The position numbers were made by a program, and so were the translations under genes. Below are positions 25,235 through 38,764 of a stretch of 64,000 nucleotides of DNA, one piece after another. This DNA comes from the human T2T-CHM13v2.0 reference genome, Homo sapiens. Every line of letters starts with the position of its first letter. Position 1 is the first letter of the stretch. The notes beneath the pieces were generated by a model that saw nothing but the letters and a program-made list of their open reading frames with translations, did no database searches and had not been told where the DNA came from. Where the stretch lies: the NCBI RefSeq assembly GCF_009914755.1, contig NC_060930.1; one strand, written 5' to 3'.

Positions 25235-25855
25235 TTCATTCATTCATTTGTTTATTCAGTAGATATTTATTGAATTCCAATGCATAAATTAATGTAAAAC
25301 TGCAATTTTGTAAAGAACTACGTAAAAGAAATTCGCGTTGCCATGATAGGTGGTGTATGGGGCATGATCTGGTGAGGGAGGTTGGCCAGGGCCTTGTGAG
25401 AGAGGTAAGGACTGAGGAGAATAGAATTAGTCTGGTGACAAGAGGTGGTGGGGGCCTGGGAGGAGAAGAACTGAGGTAGCTGAAACAGCATGTGTGAAGG
25501 CCCCGTGGCAGAAGGAAGCTTGGGGCATCCAAGGAAATGAAAGCAAGCTTGGCGCATGGTGGGATGTTAGGCTTGAGAGGCAGAAAATTCCTTAACAGAT
25601 CCCAAAAGGCCTTGCATGGATCCACATAGCCGCTGGAGCCATGCGAGGCCTTTTGAGATCTGTTAAGGATTTTTCCCTTAATCCCTGAGCACTATGGAAT
25701 CATTTTATGTATTTAAGCAGGAGTGTAACAAATTAGCTTTCAGTGTGAAGGAATCCCTCTGGCTGCATAGGAGGGGAGAGATTGGAAGGGAACCAGAGAG
25801 CTATAAGGAAACTGGTTAGGAGGCTACTGCAGAAATTTGGGCAGAAGTTGAAGGG
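25235..25855 (-). mobile_element. L2 LINE fragment
   Basis: (ATTC)n tail, ATATTTATTGA, and downstream L2 motifs TTTAAGCAGG, GGTTAGGAGGCTACTGCA. Confidence 0.8.
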
Positions 25856-26424
25856 ACGCTGTATTCTCCTGATCTCCCTGTATCTCTCCTAATACTATTT
25901 TTTTGCTACGGAGGAATACAGGAGTAACACCACTAGGCCCCCATCAGCATGCCCACAGAGCATCTGGGTCTTGGCCCAGCAAAGTGAAAAGAATTTCCCA
26001 AGTCACTATGCATGGTTTTTGCTAGAGGCTGGTAGGGCATGGGGCATCATAACTGAACAACAGCAACTCTCTGGAGCCCTGAGGGGATATTTCAAGCCTC
26101 AGAGAGTTAGGGGAATGTAGGCAGATTCACAAGCCACCTGCCTTGGTGCTTCAGAACCACCTTTCCCATGCCAAGCACCTGCCAAGGCAGGGCCCCCATC
26201 TGGCTGGAATCTTCCCGGCGAGACCTTCTCCCATTGGTTCCTCTCCTGCCAGGTGTATGTGCAGCAGGAGGGCAGGATATTTCTGTAATATTTGGCAAAC
26301 TTGTGGAAACACTCCAGCCCACTCTAACACCACAGAGGCGCCTCTGCTCTTGTTGGCTGTATTCACCAAACAATTACCAAGAAGCGTAGGTGGTATCTCT
26401 TTCACAGAATTTATTAGTATTTAA

Positions 26425-26699
26425 TTTTTATTTATTTATTTTTTTGAGACAGGTCTCACTCTGTCACCCAGGCTAGAGTGTGGACCTTCCGGCTCAAGTG
26501 ATCCTCCCACCTCAGCCTCCTGAGTAGCTGGGACTACAGGTGCGTGCCACCGTGCTTGGCTAATTCTTATATTTGTTTTTGTAGAGACAGGGTTTCGCCA
26601 TGTTGCCCAGGTTGGTCTCAAACTCCTGGCCTCAAGCGATTCTCCTGCTTTGACCTCCCAAAGTGCTGGGATTACAGGTGTGAGCCACCCTGCCCGGTC
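26425..26699 (-). mobile_element. AluJ with internal deletion
   Basis: T-rich tail, GGCTCAAGTGATCCTCCCACC; part of the right monomer is missing. Confidence 0.9.
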
Positions 26700-27087
26700 G
26701 AATTCTGATATACTTATTACAAACCCTGGATTCAATAGAGCCTTTGCAGTAGGCTGTTTGTATCAGTAGATGTGAATTGATTTAGGTGACATTCTGTCCT
26801 TTGTGCAAACTCAGAGCAGCCCCATGTGGATGGCATATTTGTAGGCTGACCCACTCTCACTCACCTTTCAACTTGACTGCAGGCCAAGCCTCTCTTAGAG
26901 AATCATTTTTCAACCTCCAATGCTCATGAATGCCAGAAAACAGGGTAACATTTATAAGGATTGTAGGTCACTTTGGCACTCAGGCCCTGGAAACATGTAA
27001 AGTATGGCCATTGGACTCTTGGTCCCAGACCAATACTCTTCTGGGGGACCATCGATCACCTGCATCAGATCCTTCAAATGGTGGAGC

Positions 27088-27300
27088 CAGGGTTCCTCAA
27101 CTTTGGCATGATTGACATTCTGGGCTGGATAATTCTTTGCTGTTGGAGAGTATCCTGTGCATTTCAGGATGTTTCACAACAGCCGTGGCCTGCACACATT
27201 AGATGCCAGTAGCACCCACCACCTTCAGTTTTGACAGCCAAAAATATCTCTACACATTGGCAAATAACCCCTGGGAGGCAAAATTGCCCCTAGTTGGGTG
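27088..27300 (-). mobile_element. MER20 hAT-Charlie element
   Basis: CAGGGTTCCTCAAC...ATTGACATT...TAGATGCCAGTAGCACC...GGCAAAATTGCCCC. Confidence 0.9.
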
Positions 27301-27708
27301 TCCCTGGTGTAGTCCTCCATCCTCATTGATCTAATGGGAAGACAAGGATCTGGAGAGGGAAGAGAGGGAAGAGTGCCTTCTGAGGGCCCGTGAGTACATG
27401 GAGGCAACCCTGGAATTAGCCTAGTCCAGGTCTGTCTAACAGCCCCCCAAATAGACCATGTGTTCTGACTTTGCTTCTTTTTGTCAGTGTTCCCATTCTA
27501 GACACTGCTCCTTACTTGTTCCTTTTTGTTCTAATTTTTTCTGGGGTCCCCTTTCTCCCGAGGTCAACCTGGAAACACTGAGATTTGCAAAGTTGAATTC
27601 CAATGCAGCAGAAGAGCCTGGCCCAGGCAAAACTCTAAACAAGATGAGGGCCGAGGCTTCTCATTTCTGCCTTCCAGCAGCCCCGCAGAGTGACAGAAAC
27701 AATGTAGA

Positions 27709-27711
<3 letters not shown>

Positions 27712-27749
<38 letters not shown>
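27712..27749. repeat. (TG)19 microsatellite
   Basis: Direct reading. Confidence 0.95.
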
Positions 27750-27755
<6 letters not shown>

Positions 27756-29871
27756 GGCATCAAAGGTTATCTTGTCTCATATCTTGTCTCTTTTTATTTC
27801 TTGTCTCTAGTTATTTGTCCCCTACTCATAAGCACATGTCCTTATGTCCATCTCTTGTTTTTTGAAACTGACTCTGAAGTTTTCATTTACAGTCAAATAT
27901 AAATAACTGATCATAATCGCAAATGATCACCTTCCACAGAGTTGGAATATCCCCAAAGAGGCAAAGGCCAGAAGAAAGAGGACTCTATTCTGTTACAGCC
28001 ATGGAATTGCACTCTTGAAGCACACAATTATGGACTCTTTTCTAAATGAACCAAAGTGCAAACAGAAGGTAGAGAAACTCAAATTTTATCACAGCATCCC
28101 ATAGCATACTTAAGAGTTGATTTCCCATTGTAACTGCATTTTTACAGGGCTCAGAGCATTCAGTTATGGATGTTCTGAGCCTGCCATGTGCTTACCAGGG
28201 AGGCTCAGGGGCTGAACCAGGCCACCAAGGCTTTTACATCAACATTTTTCTCAAGAGCTGAGCCCCAGCACCCTGGCTGGCTGGCTCTTCTATCAAAGGT
28301 GTGAATGCTCTTCTCTGAATTTTGCTTAGATTAAGGTTCACTTAATGCTGTAACATGTTTGGTATCAAGAATTTTAAAGGAAGTGGTTTTGTGGGTTTTA
28401 ATGCATTTTTTGCATTTAAATTTCAGGTCACTCAGCTATTGGTCTGAAGAAGCCTTTTTTTTTTCTATTTGGCCTTCTTTGGAAGCCAATTTATCGTCTG
28501 AGTTCTTCTCCTGTAATCTGAACTACAGGTTGCAGGTTCTGAACTACCTGAAGCCATGCAAGTCATAACACATCATTACTGACTTCTAGCTCTTTCCTTC
28601 AAGTGAGTGTGAAGCTGAGAGGGGTCATTAAACTCCCCCAGAGGGTAATGTCCATTGGGTTGAAGGACACAAAGCCATAAACTTGTCAGAACTGATTGCA
28701 CCTCAAAGCAAGGTAATGCTTGTCAAGAGCTGGGGGAAAGGTTGTTTATTACTTCACAGGTCTCTGGCATTGCAGATGTTATTTCTGTCCTAAGAAGAGC
28801 AAGAGGAGCTGCAATATGAAACCAGAAAACAGACACACTTCATTTCTCTCTGCTGTTGGTGTTTTCTGGGGAGACCAGTGGAGTCACTCTGGGCAGGACT
28901 GAGGGGGACCTGGGTATATGACCAAGCCCTGGACAGTTCATGTGAAGGAGCAGGACCCAGCTTCCAGGTCAGGAGGGAAACATGCCTGACCTTTGTGCTG
29001 CTCTGCCAGGTGAGGTGTCCTTTCCTCTCCTCACCCAATGGCTGCAGGCAGGCTGAGAAGCCTTGCAAAACAAGACCTTCTGGCAGCAGGAGGGCTCTTT
29101 CTACTGCCTTTTCGCTGATAACCTTGCAGGGAGTGTTGTTTTGGCAAGTGAAGGTATCTTGGAGTGTACCCTCCACCTGGAGCCTGCTTACTCAGAAATA
29201 TTCTCCAGTTTACTTAAGCTTAAAGACCTTTCGCTTCCAAAGGCCAACCTGGAAGGGGGCAGCAAGGGCTAATCTCAAGTTTTTAACACAGCAAATGATT
29301 TCGGATTCCTGTAAATTAAGCATTGGATTGTATCCTTGGAAACAGCAGGACCCTGCAAAGGCTTGAAGTAATAGGGTTGACTTTGAAGATGGGTTCTATC
29401 CTGTTCCCTAATACCAACATTACCAAGGAGTACTACTGTGAATAATTTTATTAGTATGTGTAATAATTTAATCTGAGTGCTCTAGGCATGTGTTATTATT
29501 ACCAAAATTGACTGCTTATACAGTGGAATTTTGTTTGTATGCTCTCAATTTGAAGCAAAAGAAAAAACCACCTTACAAAAACAAATAATACACAGACAAG
29601 TATAGTCTGAAACATATTCATTCACTTCCCTTGGAGTTAGAGAAACAAATTGTATCTTTAGGAACAATAGATATAATTTCTAATTTTCCTATTAACAGAG
29701 GTAGGTATTGTTTTAAGATAAAGCAACCAAATACTAATATTAATTAGCAATTTTAACGTGTAGGATGAGGATATTGAGAATGATGCCAATACTGTCAAAC
29801 CTTTTGAGAGATCAGATTAGATGGTTGTCTGCATGGTATGGTACGAGTAGTGCAGTGCTTGACTGCGCCCT

Positions 29872-29873
<2 letters not shown>

Positions 29874-29923
<50 letters not shown>

Positions 29924-29927
29924 ACAC
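29874..29927. repeat. (AC)22+ microsatellite
   Basis: Direct reading. Confidence 0.95.
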
Positions 29928-30274
29928 CCCACCACAGAAACAAAGATCCTTCTCCATCTGCTAGTCTCAGTGTCAGAAATCGTACCATTAGGGATTCATT
30001 CACTTGGCTTATAGCATATAGCCTTTCTTTTAAAATACAAATAACCCAAAAAACGGAAATTAAATAACTGGTAGTCACTTACATTATAGAAATAATTGTT
30101 TTTAATATTCTTCCAGGCCTAGCATCATTGGCCATATATAAAAAAGGGTTCAAAAATATATGTTGGTATACAGACAAAAATAAACAGAGTAGAGAATGTA
30201 CATTGAGAAGCTCCCGGAAGGCCTTGCAAACCTCTGTCCTAGCACACCAAAGATTTCCTGTGATTAAGAACACT

Positions 30275-30500
30275 CAGCATTACAGTGAGGTGGTTAAAAA
30301 CATGGTCTTTAGAATCAGGTGGAATTGGTTTCAAATCCAGAGTCTGTCACATTAGGGTGTGTGCCTTTGGGAAAATTAATCATTCTGAGTCTCGACTTGC
30401 CCATCTGCAAAATGGGGTTAATAGTATATATTTCATAAGATGTTGTCACAATAGACAGAGATGATGAATGTAAAGCTACAGAGTAAGTGTTCATGAAATG
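30275..30500 (+). mobile_element. MIR SINE
   Basis: GTGGTTAA...TTCAAATCC...CCCATCTGCAAAATGGGG. Confidence 0.75.
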
Positions 30501-33500
30501 ATGAAGATCACAAAGATGGTGATGAAGAAGGTGATGACTTCTCATCCCACCCGTTGTCACTCCAGTTCTGGGCATTGAGTGAATGGGCTTGAATTAAATG
30601 ACTTACAGAAGTGGTAGAAGTTTAGCAACATGTATGCTGGGTCCTAAGTAACTTGAAGATCCTGGACATCTGGGGTAAGGATGGTATTGAAGAGGAAGAT
30701 GATATAAAAAGTGTGTTAGTCACAGAAATAGTCACACACTATTTCTCAGTTTTCTGTGGGTGAGTCTTCACACCTACTATTAACCATTCTCAGTGCTGAA
30801 AGGATGTGTGATATTGTGTGTGAGCATGTATGTGTGAGCACGTGTGTGAGCCTGTGTGTGTGTGTGTGTGTGTGTTGTAAAAGAATTCTTCCTGGGATTC
30901 ATGCTCCATAATTCTCCACATTTGATCATGTCCTGGTTGGCTCACTAGGGACAAAGAATGACAGGTTTTGAGTTGTGTTTTAATGACTATAAAAACGAAG
31001 CCATTTTGGAAAGTAAGCTCACATGTGGCACAAGATGTTTTGTGGCTCCCAGCAGTTTTCTTTTTGCAAGATTTGAGAGGACTGAGCATCCCTGAGTACC
31101 AGAGCCGTGATGATTGGTAATAATAACGATAATGATGAAAATGTACATTGGTACGCATCTTTTCCGATTATCAAGCGTTTTCACATTCAGTGTCTCAGGT
31201 GGTTTACATAACAACTCCATAACATAAGCTAAGTCAGGGAAGTTATTAACTCCATTTTCTATATGGCAAAACTGAGTCTTTGGAGGATAAGTAACTTTCT
31301 CCCTGGTATTCTGCAGAACCACAATTAGAACCTATGTCTTTGCATTCTTAGTGTATGTTAAAATCAGTCATAGAGGTAAAACAATAATGCTTAATACAAT
31401 AACTATCCTCCCATATTTCTGTTGATTTTCATTAGCATATTTATGTTTCAATTCATTCATTCAACATAAATTGAGCTCTTTGTCATGTGCAAGTCATTAG
31501 AAACACGAAGATAAATATGGCACAATCATTGCTCTCAAAGAACAATAGAGTTGTGTCTTACCTGTTATAAACTATACCAAGTTTATGCTTTTAACTTTTC
31601 TAATTCTAGTGAGTATGACTACCTTTATGGGAACAATCAGAGAGATTATATGGATGCGGATCATGGAAAATCCAGAATATATGGCTGTTGTGACAACTTG
31701 AACCTTGTTTTTACCTTATTTTCTCTCTTCCCCTTGTTTTTGCTCTGCTAAAATTCCCAAACAACTAAAAGTCTGTGTGCAGTGAAAGAGCACTTCGGCC
31801 CAGCGGTGAAGCTTGCAGACCACCAGACAGTCATTATTGCTATGATGTGTTAGATTCTCGTCTTACCCTGAGGATGTCAAATTTGGAACTCAGCTCCTTG
31901 GAATAATTATTCCTAGTGGAAACCTCCACCTTAAACACCTTTCAAATTCCTTAACTTTATCTGACTTTGGAGAATTTCTTTTAAAGAAACAGAAAAATTG
32001 AGAGCCTTATGTATTTTGGAATATGCCCCAGTGTAGAAAATTGATGCCAAACATGTGCCCGGACCTGACTTGCAAAGGGCTGTGGTTTAATGAGACCCTT
32101 TGCTTTGCAGCCTGCTGGCCCAGCTTCTATTTGCTGAGAGTTGATGGTACAAAAGCTCTAGCTCTCAGATCGCCAGGGAAGCAGAGGAGGAAATTAGCAA
32201 GAAACTTCCAAAAAGAAGGCACAAAGAGCCTTTGCTTTAAAGACTTACTTTCTCGGCAATGTGAAAATTTTGGCAGCTGCGTTAGTGACAGATTGGTGGC
32301 AACATTCTACTGGCCTAGCTGAACATTTGCTCTCCTTACCACCCCATACCCTCCCAGACTGTGCAATCAAGAGCATGCGGTCTAAATTCCCTTCCTGTCC
32401 TAAGGTGCCAACACACAACCCACACTTTGGAGAGTAGAAGAGGGAAAACATAGGCTTTGTTCACTTCCCAGATTCTCTGTGTGAAGCAAGTTTAGGAATT
32501 TATGTGTGGTTGGAACGGGGAAATATGACTATTCTGGAAGCTGTATATCAGTGTGGCTCCACATTTCCAATTTGGCTTCCCTATCCCAGAATAGGGTTCT
32601 TAGAGAAAAGCATTTCCATCCTCACATCTCAGAAAGCCAAAATAGAAAAGTCTGAGTTAAACACAGTATACATTCATTAAAAGAATAAAATAAGTTAAAG
32701 CTCAGTTAAATACATGGAAAATGGGTATGTGGATGAACAGAGCTATTCATGGAATTCAGGTAAATTATGACATCTGCTTAATGTGAAAATCACAAATAAA
32801 ATCAGATGACATTTAAAATGCAAAATCATACATTAAAGTGTAAATTCTGGGCCAAATTCTCACCCAATACAATTTGATGGAAATTGTCTTATAGAAAATG
32901 AGTTATTCAATTTTTTTCCCATTTCCTGATGGTGAAAATCTGGGGTAACCAGTGTTTTAACAGGAAATCTAAAGGAAATGAACAATATGACCTTGGCTAA
33001 TTTTTAATTCTGATGATTTCATGACATGCATAGTAATTGCATTTTTGGTTTTGTTTGACTTTATTTCAAAGCTATTAAATATACGTTCGATGCAGGGGAT
33101 ATGTTCCAGATAAACCATTGTTTGAATGTTAAAATTCATTTAAATCAGATAACCAGGCAGGATTTTGTAGCTTTTTTGTGTGTGTAAGGGGGAGGATTCT
33201 GATTAAATGTGAAACAACTCAAAGAGGTTCAAGAGTCTGGCCTTCATGATTAATAGTCTGCAGTAGATATTAGAAATCCAGACAGACTGAAGGCAAAATG
33301 CCTTCTCTTGGTAGACAGACTGTATTCTAACCTCCAAGGACTCTGCATATTTAGCCACTCTCAATTCAACTGCCTTTGCCAGCCCAGGCTTCATTGGATT
33401 AGAAAGTAGTGGAAAAAAACCCTCCCAGGAGTGATCGTCTAGAATTCCTTTAGTGTTTAATCTGTCTGGCGCATGGATGGCCCTCTTGAACTGCAGGGAG

Positions 33501-34802
33501 CACATGGCAGAGAGAAACGTCTTGGGCTGGCTGGCTTGTGCTTGGAAAGTGAAAGCAAGCTGTTATTTTCGCCTTCCCAATTCACATTCCTGGCCTTTGA
33601 CATCATGAGGTCATTGTTTGGTTGGCTGGAAGGGTGTCACACGTGGATAGGTGCCATGAGGTCACATGTGCATAGGTGCCATTTTTGTCTGGGACATTTA
33701 CACAGGGTACTTATAACCTCTTTTGGTAGACTGAGCCCTGTTGCTCTCAAGAAAGGAAGTTTGTTCTTAGTCCTAACCCAAATTTTAATGTATGCTTCTG
33801 TAAGCCTACATCCTTGCAAACCTTAGTCAAGATAGAGACCATTTCTCTCACAATAATCCATGTAGATATCAGAGCATCTCTTAGTCTTCTTAGGTTCAAG
33901 TCTAGACTTGAGCTTATTAGCTATCTGAACACGGGCATATTCCTTAATTCCTCTATGTCTCAGTGTCCTCATCTTTAAAATAGGGACAGTGGTAGAGCCT
34001 CCTTCATGGAAGAAGGGAAACGGCAACCATCAGAGTTCCCCGGATGTGGAAGGCAGGTCTGGGGCAAGGAAGGAGGGTCAGCCTCTGCTGCCATTCTTGT
34101 AGATGGAGAAGGGGCTTTGCAACCGGCTACCTCCCCACTGGAAATGCAGATTGAGCCCAGGGGCTGGGCAGTGGCGAGAGGGGGCCCAACAAAAGCTGGA
34201 CTCCCATCACCTCCTCGAGGTGACAGGAGCATGCCCAGGCTGCAGTCTGAGTGAGATGGCGCCCCCAGAGGAAGAATCAGGGCTCTGTGAGGAACCACAT
34301 GCCCCAGCATCCCGCGCTCATAGGTCACTGCTTGGGGAACCACCAGGGATAGTGGAGTGGTGTCTATAAAGATTGAGCAAGAGAAGGGGTCCCCAAGAAT
34401 TCAATCTCTAGCCCAGTTGTTCCTTGAGTAAGAAAGCAGGAGGCAGATATTTAGGAACGAATCAAACCTCAAGGAACACAGCATCCATGGGTTCTTTTTG
34501 CAAATAAAAAGTGTGTCTTGAAAACCAATCCAGCCAAATAAAAAATGAATCAAAATAAAGAACTCAGAAACTGAGAGGCTGTGGATTCGTTTAAAACAGA
34601 ACTGAGACCAAACAATTTGGGGAGTAAGGCTGAAAAAAAGAATTTAAAGGTCACAAGTAAGTATTTTAATATAACTAATCATACTGGTAAGAGAAGAAAA
34701 GAGGTTGAAAAAAATATGTTAACTGACTTCCTCATCTTTCCTGTCAAGGAGTCAACAGTGAAAAGCACAGTTTAAAAATAACAATAACTTCAGCTCTTTT
34801 AA

Positions 34803-34952
34803 GTTTTTCTGTTTGTTTGTTTGTTTCTTTTTTAAGAGATGGGGGTCTTACTGTATTGCCCAGGCTGGTCTCAAACTCCTAGGCTCAAGTGATCCTCTAG
34901 CCTTGCCTTCCCAAAGTGCTGGGGTTACAGGCGTAAGCCACTGCTCCCAGCC
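34803..34952 (-). mobile_element. FLAM / free left Alu monomer
   Basis: Single monomer with (GTTT)n tail; degenerate TSD AGCTCT..AaGTTTT on both sides. Confidence 0.9.
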
Positions 34953-35674
34953 AGCTCTATAGGTTTTGCACATTTTCTTAAATTATAGGGACCTTTTAAG
35001 AACTAATATCTCTAGCAGTGAAGAAATGTCCAAAGTTCATCAGATTCTTCAGTTTTCAGATTTTTTAATCTGTTAATTCAAGGAAAATTAAATCAAATAC
35101 TTCAAGTTTAAAATTGCATGAGTATCCTCTCATTATTCTAAATGTCAATATGAAACTACGGGATAATGAATCCTGGGTTATTTCACAGAAGAACTTCTTT
35201 GTGTCTACCAGGCTTTATATCTGTTATATGGACAAGGAGAGATAAGTGGAAAAACGCTCACCAAATATCAGCAATGGTTATTTCTGTGTGGTTTCAGGTG
35301 AAGATTTCAGATGAGTTTTAAATTTTCATTTTTTTCTGGTTTTCTCGATGACTTGAATATTGCTACAGTATTTTCTGGACTTTAACTTATTTTGTTCTTT
35401 CAATAAATCTATGCTTAAAGTTTTCCAGCATGTATGGATGGAAGCACTTTTCTCTATCCTGAAAGAACAATTGGATCAATTAATGTATTGTCCTTATGAC
35501 TAGTAATATTGGCAGAAAAATTGTTCAAACTAAGACTGGTCACCTTTTTACAGAAGAAAAGGCAATTCTTTTGGAGGCAATTCTTTTGGAAGGAAGTACT
35601 TTTGGAGAGCAAGGAATCAGGGGAGAGGTGTCATTGGTACAGATGAAATGTGTTTATTAAATAATGCCCTAAAG

Positions 35675-36150
35675 ATAACTGTATTTACATGTTTATCACA
35701 GCACTATTCACAATAAGAAGGATATGTGATAAACTTAAGTGTCTATCAATGGAGGATTAGGTAAAGAAAATGTGGTATATAAATGCAATGGAATACTCTT
35801 CAGCCATAAAAAAGAATAAAATCATGTCTTTTGCAGCAAAATGGATGGAACTGAGGCCATTATCTTAAGTGAAACAAGCCAGACACAGAGAGTCAAATAC
35901 CACATGTTCTCACTCATAAGTGGGAGCTAAAAAAACCATGTATGCATGGACATAGAGAGTAGAATGATTGACAATGGAGACTTGGAAGGGAGAGGGGGTG
36001 GGAAGGGAGGGGACCAAGAGAAATTACTTAATGGGTACAATGTATATTATTCAAGTGATGGATAGGCTAAAGCCCTGACTTGTCCTCAGTGCAATCTATG
36101 CATGTAACAAATTTGCTCTTGGACCCCATACATTTATACAATTAATAAAC
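35675..36150 (+). mobile_element. 5'-truncated L1 (L1MA/L1PB-age) with perfect 16-bp TSD
   Basis: CAGCACTATTCACAATA...ATGTTCTCACTCATAAGTGGGAGCTAA; AAATAATGCCCTAAAG at 35659-35674 and 36151-36166. Confidence 0.9.
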
Positions 36151-36166
36151 AAATAATGCCCTAAAG

Positions 36167-36414
36167 CAGTGGTTCTCACCTGTGGGTGATTTTGCACCCC
36201 TCCCCCCTCACTTACTCCAGGGAACATTTTTCCATATCTGGAGACATTTTGGATTGTCAAACTTGGGTGGATTCGGGGGAGGGGGAGACATAGTGCTATT
36301 GGCATCTAGTAGCATCTGGGGATGCTGCCAAACGTATTACAATGCACAGGGCAACTCCACAATAAATAATTATTTGTCCCCAGGTGTTAATAGTGCTGAT
36401 GCTGAGAAACCCTG
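36167..36414 (+). mobile_element. MER20 hAT-Charlie element, full length
   Basis: CAGTGGTTCTCA...TCTGGAGACATTTT...TGGCATCTAGT...TGAGAAACCCTG. Confidence 0.9.
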
Positions 36415-37942
36415 CCCCAAACTCTGGAAAAAGAAGCCATTATATACACAATTCCCTTACAAGAGTGAGCCTGGAAGCAGATCCTATTTTAGCAACGAAA
36501 GCTAAGATGCTAAATTTATTCCTTCTGGCCACTGGAATTTTTAGCCAGGTGTATTTATTATTATTAAAAAAAACTTTTCTGCTTTTTATTGGTCCTTAGT
36601 CTTCAACTACTGTATGGGTTTATATTTGTCACCTAGGAATGGGAAGTTGTAACCAGTGGTCTGAGTCTAAGCCAGGATAGTTGTAGTTTCCAATGGTACC
36701 TTCAGTGACCTTGATGTAGGGGTCTCTGATCTCAACCCTACTGGCTGAACAAGCCAAGTCAGGCTATTTGAAGTCTCTGGAAAACCAGCCAATGGTCCGG
36801 ATCAATTGCATTCAGCAAGAAGTTAATGCAAGAAGACTGGGCTCATCTTGGTGTGTGTGTAGGGAATGAATTACCCTCCTCTCATTCACTTTAAGGACCA
36901 TTTATTGCTGTGAATCAGGAGCAAAGTATCAATAGATGGGAGTGAGGATTGCTTCTGTCAGGTAGAGATTTTGCTTTTAGCCCAAGAGTTTTTATAGCAC
37001 CATGTCAAAGAGAATCTGCACATGCTGGAATTACCTGCTGGCTTATGATTACAAACATCCCTCATATGAAAATCTCAGCATTTCTGGCTGCTGCCTTCAA
37101 TCGCTTTTTCTGAAATAGGTATCCCTTGATGTCGACTATTTGATTTCAGCCAGTCGTTTCTCTCTGGCAGTGCTCCCTGCAAATGTGTCCTTTCAAGAAA
37201 ACAAAACCTGCAAGTGGCTTGTAATGTACCATGACCTTATCATGTGAAGGACAAATGGCTCTTGTGCTTATTAGATAGCAGATGAACTGATGAACTGAAT
37301 TCTTGGTCTGAAGCTTTGATAAGGTCAGATGTCTTTGAAAAAAAAAAAAAAACCACCACTTCCTTGGCTGCAGGGATGTAGTTCCCAAGTATCTTTTCAT
37401 AATGCCTTAAGATTTGTACTTAGACTTTATTTTACATGGCTTAAGAAATGGTTTATTAGTAAAATAGAATATTTTGATATTAGAAGAGAAAGCTGGGCTT
37501 TTAAGGCTGTTGGAGACATTGGTTTTCAACTAAATACATATGCTGATTGCTGCATATATTTTCAACAACAATCCTAGGGAACAAGGGTATGGGCAATTCA
37601 TTAGACATAGCACTAATCAGCTAGTAAGAAAAAAAAATTAGGAAGCTATTGTCAATGCCTGTGGAGATACGGGTCTTGTCTGGGGGAGAAAAATGGCCTT
37701 TCTCCAGTTCTCCAATAAACTGTTTAAAAAATGGCCTTTCTCCAGTTCTCCAATAAACTAATTACCTTTGAATATTATATCTAAGGCTTATAATAGAAAG
37801 TTTATTTCTAAGTATTATGCCGTAAGAATAGATTGAATTTAAGTAGAGAAAAGTAAAAGGGGGCACCAAACTGACCCTCAGGCTTCACCCTACAACAGAT
37901 TTAGACCACAGCAGAGTTGGGCCTCAGCTTTGCTGGCTCTGA

Positions 37943-38764
<822 letters not shown>

